Origin: Mycolicibacterium smegmatis
GTDB lineage: Bacteria > Actinomycetota > Actinomycetes > Mycobacteriales > Mycobacteriaceae
Direction of reading: 5' to 3'
Assembly: GCF_001457595.1 (NCBI RefSeq)
Contig: NZ_LN831039.1
Coordinates: forward strand, 660,001-692,000
DNA: 32,000 nucleotides
The position numbers and the translations under genes are program-made. Positions 1 through 9,369 of the stretch are shown here, in pieces; the stretch's first letter is position 1, and each line of letters opens with the position of its first letter. The notes beneath the pieces were generated by a model, which saw only the letters and a list, made by a program, of their open reading frames with translations, searched no databases and was not told the DNA's origin.

Positions 1-32
1 TAGTTTGGTGCGTGCGGTGGTAGTACTGCCTC

Positions 33-815
33 GTGAACATCGACCTCACCGGTAAGACCGCACTCGTCACGGGCTCGACGCAGGGCATCGGACTCGCCAT
101 CGCCGAAACGCTCGCCCGCAGCGGCGCGCGCGTGGCGATCAACGGGCGTACCGCATCGCGTGTCGACGAAACTGTGGCCCAACTGGGCGATCTGGACGTG
201 GTGGGGGTGGCCGCCGACGTCGCGACGCAAAAGGGCACCGAGGCGCTGCTCGAGCAGTTGCCGTCGGTGGACATCCTCGTCAACAACCTGGGCATCTTCG
301 GGGCAGAGCCCGCTCGCGAGATCACCGACGAGCAGTGGCGCAAGTACTTCGACGTCAACGTGCTGGCCGCGGTCCGGCTCATCCGCAGCTATCTGCCGGG
401 CATGATCGAAAAGGGTTGGGGCCGTGCGATTCAGATCGCCAGCGACTCTGCCATCGTGATCCCCGAGGAGATGATCCACTACGGCGTCTCCAAGACCGCG
501 CTGCTCGCGGTGTCCCGCGGATTCGCGAAAGACGCTGCGGGAACGGGTGTCACGGTCAACTCGGTGATCGCCGGACCGACCCACACCGCGGGTGTGGAGG
601 ACTTCGTTTATCAACTCGTCGACAAGTCGCTGCCGTGGGACGAGGCGCAACGGGAATTCATGCGCAAGCACCGCCCGCAGTCGCTGCTGCAGCGCTTGAT
701 CGAACCCGAGGAGATCGCCAACATGGTCGCCTACCTCGCATCGCCGCTGGCGTCGGCCACCACGGGTGGGGCGTTGCGCGTCGACGGTGGTTACGTCGAC
801 GCGATCCTGCCGTGA
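33..815 (+). CDS. SDR family NAD(P)-dependent oxidoreductase
   Basis: GTG start; N-terminal TGxxxGIG (TGSTQGIG), NNLG, YGVSKTA (YxxxK) and C-terminal GGALRVDGGYV are classical SDR motifs. Confidence 0.93.
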   Translation: MNIDLTGKTALVTGSTQGIGLAIAETLARSGARVAINGRTASRVDETVAQLGDLDVVGVAADVATQKGTEALLEQLPSVDILVNNLGIFGAEPAREITDEQWRKYFDVNVLAAVRLIRSYLPGMIEKGWGRAIQIASDSAIVIPEEMIHYGVSKTALLAVSRGFAKDAAGTGVTVNSVIAGPTHTAGVEDFVYQLVDKSLPWDEAQREFMRKHRPQSLLQRLIEPEEIANMVAYLASPLASATTGGALRVDGGYVDAILP

Positions 816-831
816 ATTCCCGGCGCGGCGC

Positions 832-1140
832 TCAGGACGTCAGCGCGGCGCCGGGGAAAGCCAGGCAGAACAACGACAGTGCCAGCAGGAACCAGCCCGC
901 CCCGTGCCAGATGGGCCAGGTGCCCTCGGCGCGCCACACCTGATAGGTGCGGATGAAGGCCCCGACACCGCCAACGAACATGATGGTGGGAACCAGGATC
1001 GCCGGAAGAAGCGTCCGGTCCATGACATAGAAGATCAAGGCGACGCCGGCGATGGCGACGACGCTCAGAACGTAGGCGACCGCCGAGCGAAAGGTCGCCG
1101 GATCGCGCCAGCGTTTTTCAACATCATTGGTCATGATCAC
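832..1140 (-). CDS. small membrane protein, function unknown
   Basis: 102-aa ORF with three hydrophobic stretches (SAVAYVLSVVAIAGVALIFYVM, LLPAILVPTIMFVGGVGAFI, GWFLLALSLFCLAFPGAAL). Confidence 0.6.
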   Translation of the reverse strand: MIMTNDVEKRWRDPATFRSAVAYVLSVVAIAGVALIFYVMDRTLLPAILVPTIMFVGGVGAFIRTYQVWRAEGTWPIWHGAGWFLLALSLFCLAFPGAALTS

Positions 1141-1180
1141 TCAAAACGGTTGATTGCGGAGCCAGGTTCGAAGCCGGCTC

Positions 1181-1459
1181 TCAGTGCGGGTTGTTGACGT
1201 ACCAGGACAGGCAACCCGGCCAGTGCCTGCACGCGATGATCGCGCCGGCGTCAGGCGCAGCACCACGGACCTTGGGGCTGCGCTGGGGCAGGTTGCAGTT
1301 CACGACGTATGGGTTACCCGGAACCACACCGTTCACACATGGCTGTGCCTGTGCGGTCGGGGTGGTCTGACTCAGAACAGCCGAGGGACCGGCAATCAGT
1401 GCGAAAGCCGCGGCCGTGGTGCCCGCGGCTCGAAGGAGACGTTGCTTAGTAACACTCAT
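1181..1459 (-). CDS. small secreted protein, function unknown
   Basis: 92-aa ORF with signal-peptide-like N-terminus (KQRLLRAAGTTAAAFALIAGPSAVLSQTTPTAQA) followed by a short Cys-containing domain. Confidence 0.6.
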   Translation of the reverse strand: MSVTKQRLLRAAGTTAAAFALIAGPSAVLSQTTPTAQAQPCVNGVVPGNPYVVNCNLPQRSPKVRGAAPDAGAIIACRHWPGCLSWYVNNPH

Positions 1460-1589
1460 TATGTGAGTACCAACCGTTCCGGCCCGCGTTCTATTTCGCC
1501 ACCTTCGACGGTAGACCCGATGTGACTCCGCGACCAGGGCGGATCGGAGTTTCCTTCCCGCCCCGGTCGCAGCGCACGGCCTCGGGTGT

Positions 1590-3794
1590 CTACGGATCGC
1601 GCGGGAGCCCGAGCAGGCGCTCGGCGATGATGTTCAACTGCACCTCGGTGGTGCCGCCGTAGATCGTGGTGGCGCGGCTGGCCAGCAGATACTCGGCCCA
1701 GCGGCCCGGTTCCTCCTGAGGGTCGCCGATCGCGGCGTCGGTGCCGAACGTCGACACCGCGAACTCCGCGTAGCCCTGGCCGGTCTTCATCGACAGCAGC
1801 TTCGAGATCGCCGCGTTGGGCATGGCGTCGCCGCCGGCCAGCGTCAGCAGCGTGGAACGCAGGTTGAGCACCTTTGCGGCGTGCCCCTCGGCGATCAGCT
1901 GCCCGGCGTGGTTCTGCTCGATCTGGTCGAACTGGCCGTCGCGCAGGAACTGCACGAACTGGTCGAGGTTGGCCAGGAAGGGCGGTTCGCTGCTACCGAT
2001 CGACACGCGTTCGTTGGTCAGGGTGTTGCGGCTGACCTCCCATCCGCGGTTGACCTCGCCGAGCACCATGTCGTCGGGCACGAACACGTCGTCGATGAAC
2101 ACCGTGTTGAACATCGCGTTGCCGGTCAGTTCGCGCAGCGGCTTGACCTCGACGCCCGGCGACTTCATGTCGAGCAGGAAGTACGTGATGCCCTGGTGCT
2201 TGGGGGCGTCGGGATCGGTGCGCGCGAGCAGTGCGCCCCACGCCGAGAACTGGGCGCCGGTGGTCCAGATCTTCTGCCCGGTGATGCGCCAGCCCCCGTC
2301 GACCTTGACCGCGCGCGTGGTCAGGCTCGCGAGGTCGGACCCGGCTCCCGGCTCGGAGAACAACTGGCACCAGATCATCTCGCCGCGGAAGGTGGGCGGC
2401 AGGAATCGCTGCTTCTGCTCGTCGGTGCCGAACGCCACGATCGACGGGATGATCCACGACGCGATGCCCATCTGCGGGCGCTTGACGCGACCGGTGGTGA
2501 ACTCCTGGGCGATGATGATCTGCTCGACCGGCGTGGCGTCGCGGCCCCACGGCTTGGGCAGGTGCGGCTGCACCCACCCGCCCTCGGCGATCGCCGCGGT
2601 GCGTTCCTCACTCGGAATGGCTTTCAGCGCAGCGACTTCCGCGCGGATTTCGTCGCGCAGCTTCTCGGTCTCGGGATCGAGGTCGATGTCGACGGGACGC
2701 ATGCCCGTAGCGGTCGCGGTGTCGACGACCTGCTGCGGATGGTCCGCGGCACGGCCGAAGCACGCCGCGAGAAGCAGTGCCCGCCGGTAGTAGACGTTGG
2801 TGTCGTGCTCCCAGGTGAAGCCGATACCGCCGTGCACCTGGATGCAGTCCTGCGTGCACTGCTGGGCGGCGGCAGGGGCCAACGTCGCCGCGACCGCGGC
2901 GGCGAACCCGAAATGCGTTCCCTCGGTACCTTTTTCCCGCACCTCATCAAGGGCCCTGGCCGCGTCCCACACCGCAGCGGTCGCCCGCTCGGTGACCGCG
3001 ACCATGTTGGCGCACTTGTGCTTGACGGCCTGGAACTGACCGATGGGCCTGCCGAACTGCTCGCGGATCTTGGCGTAGCCGGCCGCGGTGTCGGTGGCCC
3101 AGCGCGCGACGCCGATGCTCTCGGCCGACAGCAGCGTCGACATCAACGCCCGCGCCAGCGGCCGGCTCAGGTTCGACAGCACGCGCTCGTCGGCGACCTC
3201 GACGGCGTTGGCACGCACGTGGGCCAGCGGGCGCAGCGGGTCGACGCTGCGGACCGGTTCGATCTCCAGCTGGTCGGCGTCGAGGACCACCCATTCCTCG
3301 CCGGAGTCGATGGCCACCGGGAGCACTAGGATCGACGCCTGCGCGGCGGCCGGAACCGCGCGGACCTCACCGCGGATCACCAGTCCGTCGCCCTGGCGGG
3401 TCGCGGTGAGCGTCGAGTCGAGGGCGTAGGCCGCGATGGCGTCGCCCGACGCCAGCTCGCTGAGCACCTTGGCGTCGGGATCGTGCGCGGAAATCAGCGC
3501 ACTCGCGATCGCCGACGGGACGAACGGGCCGGGCACCGCGCCGTAGCCGAACTCGGCGAGCACGATCGCGAGCTCAAGGATGCCGAAGCCCTGGCCACCG
3601 ACGGACTCGGACAGGTGGACACCCTGCAGACCCTGGTCCGCGGCGGCCTTCCAGTAGGACGGCGGATTGGCTCGGGGGGTCTCCAGGGGAGTTTCCAGCG
3701 CTTCGTGCAGCACGTCGGATGGGGCAACCCGTGCGACGAACGACTTGACCGAACCGGCCAGGTCGATGTGCTCGGACAGGATTGCGATGGGCAT
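1590..3794 (-). CDS. acyl-CoA dehydrogenase family protein, two tandem ACAD modules
   Basis: 734 aa; first module contains QCTQDCIQVHGGIGFTWEHDTNVYYRRA, second module contains QLFSEPGAGSDLASLTTRAVKVDGGWRITGQKIWTTGAQ and YGGTTEVQLNIIAERLLGLPR, both typical ACAD motifs. Confidence 0.92.
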   Translation of the reverse strand: MPIAILSEHIDLAGSVKSFVARVAPSDVLHEALETPLETPRANPPSYWKAAADQGLQGVHLSESVGGQGFGILELAIVLAEFGYGAVPGPFVPSAIASALISAHDPDAKVLSELASGDAIAAYALDSTLTATRQGDGLVIRGEVRAVPAAAQASILVLPVAIDSGEEWVVLDADQLEIEPVRSVDPLRPLAHVRANAVEVADERVLSNLSRPLARALMSTLLSAESIGVARWATDTAAGYAKIREQFGRPIGQFQAVKHKCANMVAVTERATAAVWDAARALDEVREKGTEGTHFGFAAAVAATLAPAAAQQCTQDCIQVHGGIGFTWEHDTNVYYRRALLLAACFGRAADHPQQVVDTATATGMRPVDIDLDPETEKLRDEIRAEVAALKAIPSEERTAAIAEGGWVQPHLPKPWGRDATPVEQIIIAQEFTTGRVKRPQMGIASWIIPSIVAFGTDEQKQRFLPPTFRGEMIWCQLFSEPGAGSDLASLTTRAVKVDGGWRITGQKIWTTGAQFSAWGALLARTDPDAPKHQGITYFLLDMKSPGVEVKPLRELTGNAMFNTVFIDDVFVPDDMVLGEVNRGWEVSRNTLTNERVSIGSSEPPFLANLDQFVQFLRDGQFDQIEQNHAGQLIAEGHAAKVLNLRSTLLTLAGGDAMPNAAISKLLSMKTGQGYAEFAVSTFGTDAAIGDPQEEPGRWAEYLLASRATTIYGGTTEVQLNIIAERLLGLPRDP

Positions 3795-3828
3795 GAATTA
3801 CCTCCACAGGGGCATCGTCGTCCCGAAT

Positions 3829-3840
3829 AACCGGTCGGTT
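3829..3840. promoter_or_regulatory. candidate operator (inverted repeat AACCG-GT-CGGTT)
   Basis: 5-bp inverted repeat with 2-bp spacer, about 35 bp upstream of the acyl-CoA dehydrogenase start. Confidence 0.35.
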
Positions 3841-3904
3841 GGATCGAGGGTACCGTGACGTGACCGGGGCCACGTACAGGCTCGATCTGTGGCCCGATCG
3901 GGGT

Positions 3905-4888
3905 CTACCTGGCCTCGTTGACCAGGTGGGCCAGCGGCTCGCCGTCGCGGATGCGGCGGCAGTTCTCGACACCGATCGACAGGTAACGGCGCATGGTGTC
4001 CGCGGTGTACCACGTCACGTGCGGCGTGAGGACGACGTTGTCGAGGCCAAGCAGCGGATGGTCGGCGGGCAGCGGTTCGGTGTCGAACACGTCGAGACCG
4101 GCGGCCGCGAGCCGGCCGCCGCGCAGCGCCTCGATCAGCGCGGCCTCGTCGACGATCGGCCCGCGGGCCGTGTTGACCAGGACCGCGCCGGGTTTCATCG
4201 CCGCGATGGCCTCGGGGCCCAGCAAGCCGCGGGAGGTGTCGGTGAGGGGAAGGTGCAGCGAGACGATGTCACTCGCGGCCAGCAGATCCGGCAGGTTGCG
4301 CCAGCGCGGGTGACCGGTGTCGCGCGTGCTGGTGTGCAGCACCTGCTCGGCACCCATGGCCAGCACGATCCGCTCGACGCGCTTGGCGACGTTGCCGTAC
4401 CCGACGAGGCCCACCGTGCAGCCGCCGATGTCGCGCACGGTGTCGCCCAGGGTGGGATCGGTGGGCCACCCGCGACCGGCGCGCGTGGCGCGGTCCAGCT
4501 GGGGGAGACGCCGAAGCGCCGCCAGCATCAGCAATACCGTGCCCTCGGCGACCGAAGGGGCGTTCGCACCGGGCATGTTGGCCACCAGGATGCCCAACTG
4601 GGTCGCGGTCTCGACGTCGATGGTGTTGACCCCGGCGCCCAGCTTGTGCACGAGGCGCAGCCGCGGCGCGCGGTTCAGGTCGTCGCCGGTGATGGGACGC
4701 AACACATGCCAGAGCACGTCGGCGTCACCGAGTTCGCGGTAGAAGGTCTCGTCGTCCTCCTCGCCGCAGAACCGCACATCGAGCCAGTCGAGGTGCGGCG
4801 CAAGGAAGTCCAGCACGGTGTTGCTCGGTGCGAAGTGCGCGAGCACCCGCACCGTGCCCGGGTTCACCGCCACCGCTTCGCGATCCAT
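3905..4888 (-). CDS. D-isomer specific 2-hydroxyacid dehydrogenase family protein
   Basis: Contains VGLVGYGNVAKRVERIV (GxGxxG-like), MKPGAVLVNTARGPIVDEAAL and GLDVFDTEPLPADHPLLGLDNVVLTPHVTW; start placed at internal ATG (MDREAV) rather than the upstream ORF start at 4960. Confidence 0.88.
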   Translation of the reverse strand: MDREAVAVNPGTVRVLAHFAPSNTVLDFLAPHLDWLDVRFCGEEDDETFYRELGDADVLWHVLRPITGDDLNRAPRLRLVHKLGAGVNTIDVETATQLGILVANMPGANAPSVAEGTVLLMLAALRRLPQLDRATRAGRGWPTDPTLGDTVRDIGGCTVGLVGYGNVAKRVERIVLAMGAEQVLHTSTRDTGHPRWRNLPDLLAASDIVSLHLPLTDTSRGLLGPEAIAAMKPGAVLVNTARGPIVDEAALIEALRGGRLAAAGLDVFDTEPLPADHPLLGLDNVVLTPHVTWYTADTMRRYLSIGVENCRRIRDGEPLAHLVNEAR

Positions 4889-6006
4889 CGCGCGATGGTG
4901 TCGGCCTGCTCGCTGCGCGCACCCGGCGTGGTGAAGTAATGATCGGTGTCGATCGAGCACAGTGTCTTGTCGGAACCCGCCAGCGCGTCGAAGATGCGTT
5001 GTGCGTCAGACGGGTACACGCCGGTGTCCTGATCGGCGTTGATGACCAGCGCCGGGCAGGTGATGCGCGCCAGGTGCGGTTCGGCCCTGGTCTGGGCGTG
5101 CCGCAGGCTCCACATGCCCAGCCAGTTGCGCAGCGTGGTGGCCGCGGCGATGCCGCGGGCCGAGCGGTTCGCCTTGACCGGGACCCCGGCGTAACACAGA
5201 TTCGGCTGACGCCTGGTGGGTTCGATCGTCGGGTCCACCATCCGGGGATCGGCCCACGTGCGCATCACCGTGAACGGGCGGTCCGAGAAACCGGCCGCCT
5301 GCACGCGTTTGAGCTCGAGCTCGGCCCAGTCGGTGATGGCCTCGTTGCGTGCGATCTGTGCCTCCCGATAGCGCGCCACGAAATCCGGTGAGAACGGTGG
5401 ACCGTTGCGCTCGTCGAACAGGTCGAGGTCGGGATCGGTTGCGACAGGGTCGTTCTCGTCGAGGACCGCGCCGTCCATCCACGCGGTCAGCACATCGGGC
5501 CTGCCGGGGTGCGCGGCGCTCGCGACGTAGGCGTCGGCGCGCGGCAGGTCGTTGATGCCGACGGCAGGCCGCATGCCCTCCATCGGTGTGATGTGCGGGT
5601 CGACCGCTTGGGCCTGGTAGGCCGCCATCAACGACCCGCCACCGGAATTTCCGAGCAGCACAACGGTTTCGATGTTCTGGACCTCGCGCAACCAACGCAC
5701 GCCGACGCCGATGTCCACCAACGCGTGGTCCAGCACGAAGCTGCTCTCGAACCCGCGGAAACGGGTGTTCCAGCCCAGGAAGCCGATTCCCCGGGTGGCC
5801 ATGTAGTCGGCGAGGTAGTGCTCGGAGAAATCGATCTGGTAGTGCGTGGCGATCATCGCCACCTTCGGTTTGCGGCCCACGCCGCGGTAGTAGATGCCCT
5901 GGCACGGGTGGCCGCCCGCGCCGGCGCGTCGGGCGGTGGGGGATTCCAGTCCGACGAACTCGCGGATCACGCCTGCCGCCGGTGAGGCCCCGGAGGTTCT
6001 GGTCAT
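4864..6006 (-). CDS. alpha/beta hydrolase family protein
   Basis: Start MTRTSGASPAAG at 6006 within the longer ORF 4864..6435; nucleophile-elbow-like LLGNSGGGS, VINADQDTGVYP and DTDHYF near the C-terminus; overlaps TetR stop by ATGA. Confidence 0.82.
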   Translation of the reverse strand: MTRTSGASPAAGVIREFVGLESPTARRAGAGGHPCQGIYYRGVGRKPKVAMIATHYQIDFSEHYLADYMATRGIGFLGWNTRFRGFESSFVLDHALVDIGVGVRWLREVQNIETVVLLGNSGGGSLMAAYQAQAVDPHITPMEGMRPAVGINDLPRADAYVASAAHPGRPDVLTAWMDGAVLDENDPVATDPDLDLFDERNGPPFSPDFVARYREAQIARNEAITDWAELELKRVQAAGFSDRPFTVMRTWADPRMVDPTIEPTRRQPNLCYAGVPVKANRSARGIAAATTLRNWLGMWSLRHAQTRAEPHLARITCPALVINADQDTGVYPSDAQRIFDALAGSDKTLCSIDTDHYFTTPGARSEQADTIARWIAKRWR

Positions 6007-6638
6007 GGCTGCGGTACCCCCCTGTGATAGATCGTCCGGTAGAAGACGTTCGCGAGCGTCGTGATGCAGGCCGTGTCGTCGACGTCGTCGGCGTTGCCGC
6101 CGGAGAGCTTGGTGTAGCAGAACTGGTTGAGCATCGACACCAGCGCGAGCGCGGTCATCTCGGCGTCGTCGTCGGGGCAGAACCCTTGCCGCTGGGCACG
6201 TTTGATCATCTCGGTGATCAATGATATGGGCAGTTCGCAGATTTCGGCCCAGTACTGCGCAAAATCGTCGCTGACCATCGCCAGCTGCGACACGCTGATG
6301 ATCTCGGCCAGCCGGTGCCGGTAGGTCGCCCAGTGCGCCGAAACGGCCTGATAGGAGCGCTCCCAGTTGGTCAGGCCGGGTTCGCGCGCCGCCTGGGCGC
6401 GATCGCGAGCCTCGTCCCGGAAGCGCAGCGCCCACTCGTGGACCATGGCTTCTTTGGAGTCGTAGTAGTTGTAGAACGACGCGGTGGAACGGTTGGCCTC
6501 GGCGGCGATGTCGGCGATGGTCGTGGCCAGGATGCCCTTGCGCGCGATCACGGTTCGGGCGGCGGCGTCGATGGCGGCCTGAGTCTGGCGGCCGCGCGCG
6601 GTCGGCAGCTGGTCACGCGGGCTGACGGTCACCCACAC
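6003..6638 (-). CDS. TetR/AcrR family transcriptional regulator
   Basis: N-terminal HTH: AAIDAAARTVIARKGILATTIADIAAEANRSTASFYNYYDSKEAMV. Confidence 0.9.
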   Translation of the reverse strand: MWVTVSPRDQLPTARGRQTQAAIDAAARTVIARKGILATTIADIAAEANRSTASFYNYYDSKEAMVHEWALRFRDEARDRAQAAREPGLTNWERSYQAVSAHWATYRHRLAEIISVSQLAMVSDDFAQYWAEICELPISLITEMIKRAQRQGFCPDDDAEMTALALVSMLNQFCYTKLSGGNADDVDDTACITTLANVFYRTIYHRGVPQP

Positions 6639-6654
6639 TCCTCGATCATTGATT

Positions 6655-6684
6655 GAACCTGAATCTGATGTTAGATTCAGTTTC
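6655..6684. promoter_or_regulatory. candidate TetR-family operator in the divergent TetR/VOC intergenic region
   Basis: GAAcCTGAATCTgatgttAGATTCAGtTTC: perfect 8-bp arms (6659-6666 / 6673-6680), extended by GAA/TTC. Confidence 0.6.
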
Positions 6685-6724
6685 GGAGCCGCGCCAGCGT
6701 TCGGCGCATCGGAGGAGTCTCGAC

Positions 6725-7312
6725 GTGATCAAGCCCGACAATCCCAATTCCGAATTCGAGTTCGGCGGAATCAACCATGTCGCCCTGGTGTGTTCGGACA
6801 TGGAACGCACCGTCGACTTCTACAGCAATGTGCTCGGCATGCCGCTGATCAAAGCGCTTGACCTGCCCGGCGGCATCGGTCAGCACTTCTTCTTCGACGC
6901 CGGCAACGGCGACTGCATCGCGTTCTTCTGGTTCTGCGACGCCCCCGATGGCGTCCCCGGGGTCTCGGCCCCTGCCGCCATTCCCGGTATCGGTGAGATC
7001 GTCAGCGCCACCGGGTCGCTGAACCACCTCGCGCTGCACGTGCCGGCCGAGAAGTTCGACGAGTACCGGCAGAAGCTCAAGGCCAAAGGCGTGCGGGTCG
7101 GGCCGGTACTCAACCACGACGACAGTGAGATGCAGGTATCGCCGACCGTGCACCCCGGCGTCTACGTGCGCTCGTTCTACTTCTTCGACCCGGACGGCAT
7201 CACCCTCGAATTCGCCTGCTGGACCAAGGAATTCAGCCAAGACGACGTCGAGCGGGCCGCTCACGTGGCGCCGCGGACCGACGCCGACCGCTTGGTGGCC
7301 TCGACGAAGTAG
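6725..7312 (+). CDS. VOC (glyoxalase/dioxygenase superfamily) protein
   Basis: GINHVALVCSDMERTVDFYSNVLGMPLIK ... NHLALHVPAEKFDEY ... VRSFYFFDPDGITLEFACW; GTG start 6725 preceded by GGAGGAG. Confidence 0.9.
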   Translation: MIKPDNPNSEFEFGGINHVALVCSDMERTVDFYSNVLGMPLIKALDLPGGIGQHFFFDAGNGDCIAFFWFCDAPDGVPGVSAPAAIPGIGEIVSATGSLNHLALHVPAEKFDEYRQKLKAKGVRVGPVLNHDDSEMQVSPTVHPGVYVRSFYFFDPDGITLEFACWTKEFSQDDVERAAHVAPRTDADRLVASTK

Positions 7313-8121
7313 CCGCGGGGGATACCGGGGACGTCGAGCGGGAACGCCGGCGCGAACCACCGGTTCCAGGCGTTCCCGGGTTCGGCAACGTCGGTGACGA
7401 CGGCTGACCAGCCATGGCGCTCACACAATGCGCCCGGTTCGTCGGTGCCGAACAGCCACGGAGCGCCGCTCTCTTCCATCGACTTTCGTACCGCCGCCAG
7501 CATCACCGTGTCCAGCAACACCTTGCCGACGACGTCGTAGAGCAGCACCGAACCCGGCGCCGACATCGCGTCCACGCGGTCGAACAGGGTGCGCACCGCG
7601 GCCTCGTCCAGATACTGCAGCAGTCCCTCGATCAGCCAGACCGCCGGTCTGTCGGGGTCAAAGCCATTGGACCGCAACGTCTCGGTCCAGTCCTCGGTGA
7701 GATCGACGCCGATCGCGACCCGGCGGCACAGGGCCTCGTCCTCGGCCAGCGCGTCGTTCTTGGCGGCGATGACCGCGGGCTGATCCAGCTCGTAGACGGA
7801 GGTGCCGTCCGGCCAGGGCAACCGGTATGCCCGGGCGTCCAGACCGGCGGCGAGGATGACCACCTGGCCGACGTTCTGCACGGCCCGCAGCAGCGCCTCA
7901 TCCCAGAACCGGGTGCGGACCACGATCTGCAGGGTCATGTTCTCGCCCGCGGCGGCGACCGCGTCGTCCAGCAACTTCTGCCCTGATTCCCCCGCCAGCT
8001 TCTCGGCGAACGGGTCGGTGAACAGCCGGTCGTCGCGGCGGGATTCCCTGGCGCGGATCGCGGCGACCAAGACTCCGGTGTCGGCTACGGCTTTTCCGGG
8101 GGCTTTTCCAGGTTTCTGCAT
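7261..8121 (-). CDS. class I SAM-dependent methyltransferase (mycobacterial LCM/PPM-like family)
   Basis: MQKPGK... start; RESRRDDRLFTDPFAEKLAG, QVVILAAGLDARAYRLPWPDGTSVYELDQPAVIAAK and WLIEGLLQYLDEAAVRTLFDRVDAMSAPGS are characteristic; overlaps the VOC gene 3' end convergently. Confidence 0.9.
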   Translation of the reverse strand: MQKPGKAPGKAVADTGVLVAAIRARESRRDDRLFTDPFAEKLAGESGQKLLDDAVAAAGENMTLQIVVRTRFWDEALLRAVQNVGQVVILAAGLDARAYRLPWPDGTSVYELDQPAVIAAKNDALAEDEALCRRVAIGVDLTEDWTETLRSNGFDPDRPAVWLIEGLLQYLDEAAVRTLFDRVDAMSAPGSVLLYDVVGKVLLDTVMLAAVRKSMEESGAPWLFGTDEPGALCERHGWSAVVTDVAEPGNAWNRWFAPAFPLDVPGIPRGYFVEATKRSASVRGAT

Positions 8122-8478
8122 GACGCCATCATGCGCGCTGGGCCGCCCGGGGGGCTTGGATATTTTTGCCCTGAACAACCTTCCAATCATCGAAAAATCC
8201 GAACGATCACAGCGGGAAAATCGCGCTGGACCGATCGATCGTAGTCGTCCAGGCTGTAAGCAGACGGGCCCTACGGTGAGCTCGTACGTAGAAAGTTACT
8301 GCGTCAGCGCGCCTTTGGTCCGGCGCGATGTCTGAGAGGTGCTGGTGGTCACGCGCGCCAATTTCAGCGTTGGTCCGAACCTGACTGGTCCTTATCGCCG
8401 AAGCCGTATCGCCGAAGCCGTACTCAACTACACGATCGCCGAAGTCGGTCGATCGTCAAGTTTCATCGAGGAGCTGCA

Positions 8479-9369
8479 ATGACTGTTCGCACCCAAGCAC
8501 TGGGACGGCTTCTCGAAGTTCGATTGCATCCCGAAACCAGCGGCAGTGCAAGCGATGTCCGCATCAGGATCTTGTGCGATCGACTGCCGTCACTGTCGCT
8601 GCTTCTACCGCCGTTTGCCGACTTTGGACTCGAAGTAGTCGACGAGCGGACCGGTTCGCCGGCGGAGGGCAGCGTTGCTTCGCACGAGATCGACCTAGGT
8701 CTGCGTGCCCACGCCAAAATGAGTTGGAGTGAATCACCGCCCGCGCGTCCGGATCTTCGGGAACGCTTCTTAGACGCAGTGAAAGCGGTCTGGGCCGGAG
8801 ATTGTGAATCAGATCCACTGAACAGCTTGGTGCTTACCGCAGGACTGACCTGGGTTCAGGTGAGCTGGTTGCGGGCAGTCGCTGCGTATCTGCGTCAGAC
8901 CCAGGCTGCGTTCTCGCTGCCGTACATATGCGAGGTTCTTGCAGGCCAACCAGCAATTGGTGCCCTCGCGGCACAACTCTTCGAGGAACGTTTGGATCCC
9001 GACCGCGACGACGGGCAACGCGCTGCAGCTCAAGCCGAGGTGGCCGAACAGTTCACCTCCGCGCTCGACTCTGTTGCCAACCTCGATGAAGACCGCATCC
9101 TCCGGTCCGTTCTGGGCATCGTCCAGGCGATCGAGCGCACCAACGCATTCCAACGCAGTGATGATGGGCAAACGCCACCGACCCTCAGTCTCAAGATCAG
9201 TCCGCGACGAGTGCCGGTGATAGCACGGCCCGTGCCTGCGGCCGAGATATGGGTGTACAGCCCAAGAGTCGAGGGTGTTCACATGCGCTTCGGAAAGGTC
9301 GCCCGAGGTGGCATCCGCTGGAGCGACCGGCGAGAAGACATCAGGATGGAAGTTCTCGCGTTGACTAAG
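8479..9369 (+). pseudogene. NAD-glutamate dehydrogenase-like protein, fragment; 3' end cut by IS1380 element
   Basis: VRIRILCDRLPSLSLLLPPFADFGLEVVDERTG, LVLTAGLTWVQVSWLRAVAAYLRQTQAAFSLPYICEVL, VYSPRVEGVHMRFGKVARGGIRWSDRREDIRMEVLALTK match the central part of large NAD-GDH proteins; similarity stops where the IS1380 element begins; C-terminal catalytic half absent. Confidence 0.8.

Noticed and set aside
1881-3329. 482-aa plus-strand ORF
   Set aside because: Antisense to the acyl-CoA dehydrogenase; His/Arg/Asp-rich with no recognisable domain.
4864-6435. Full 523-aa ORF as one protein
   Set aside because: The N-terminal 143 residues are low-complexity and overlap tetR out of frame; the real hydrolase start is most likely 6006.
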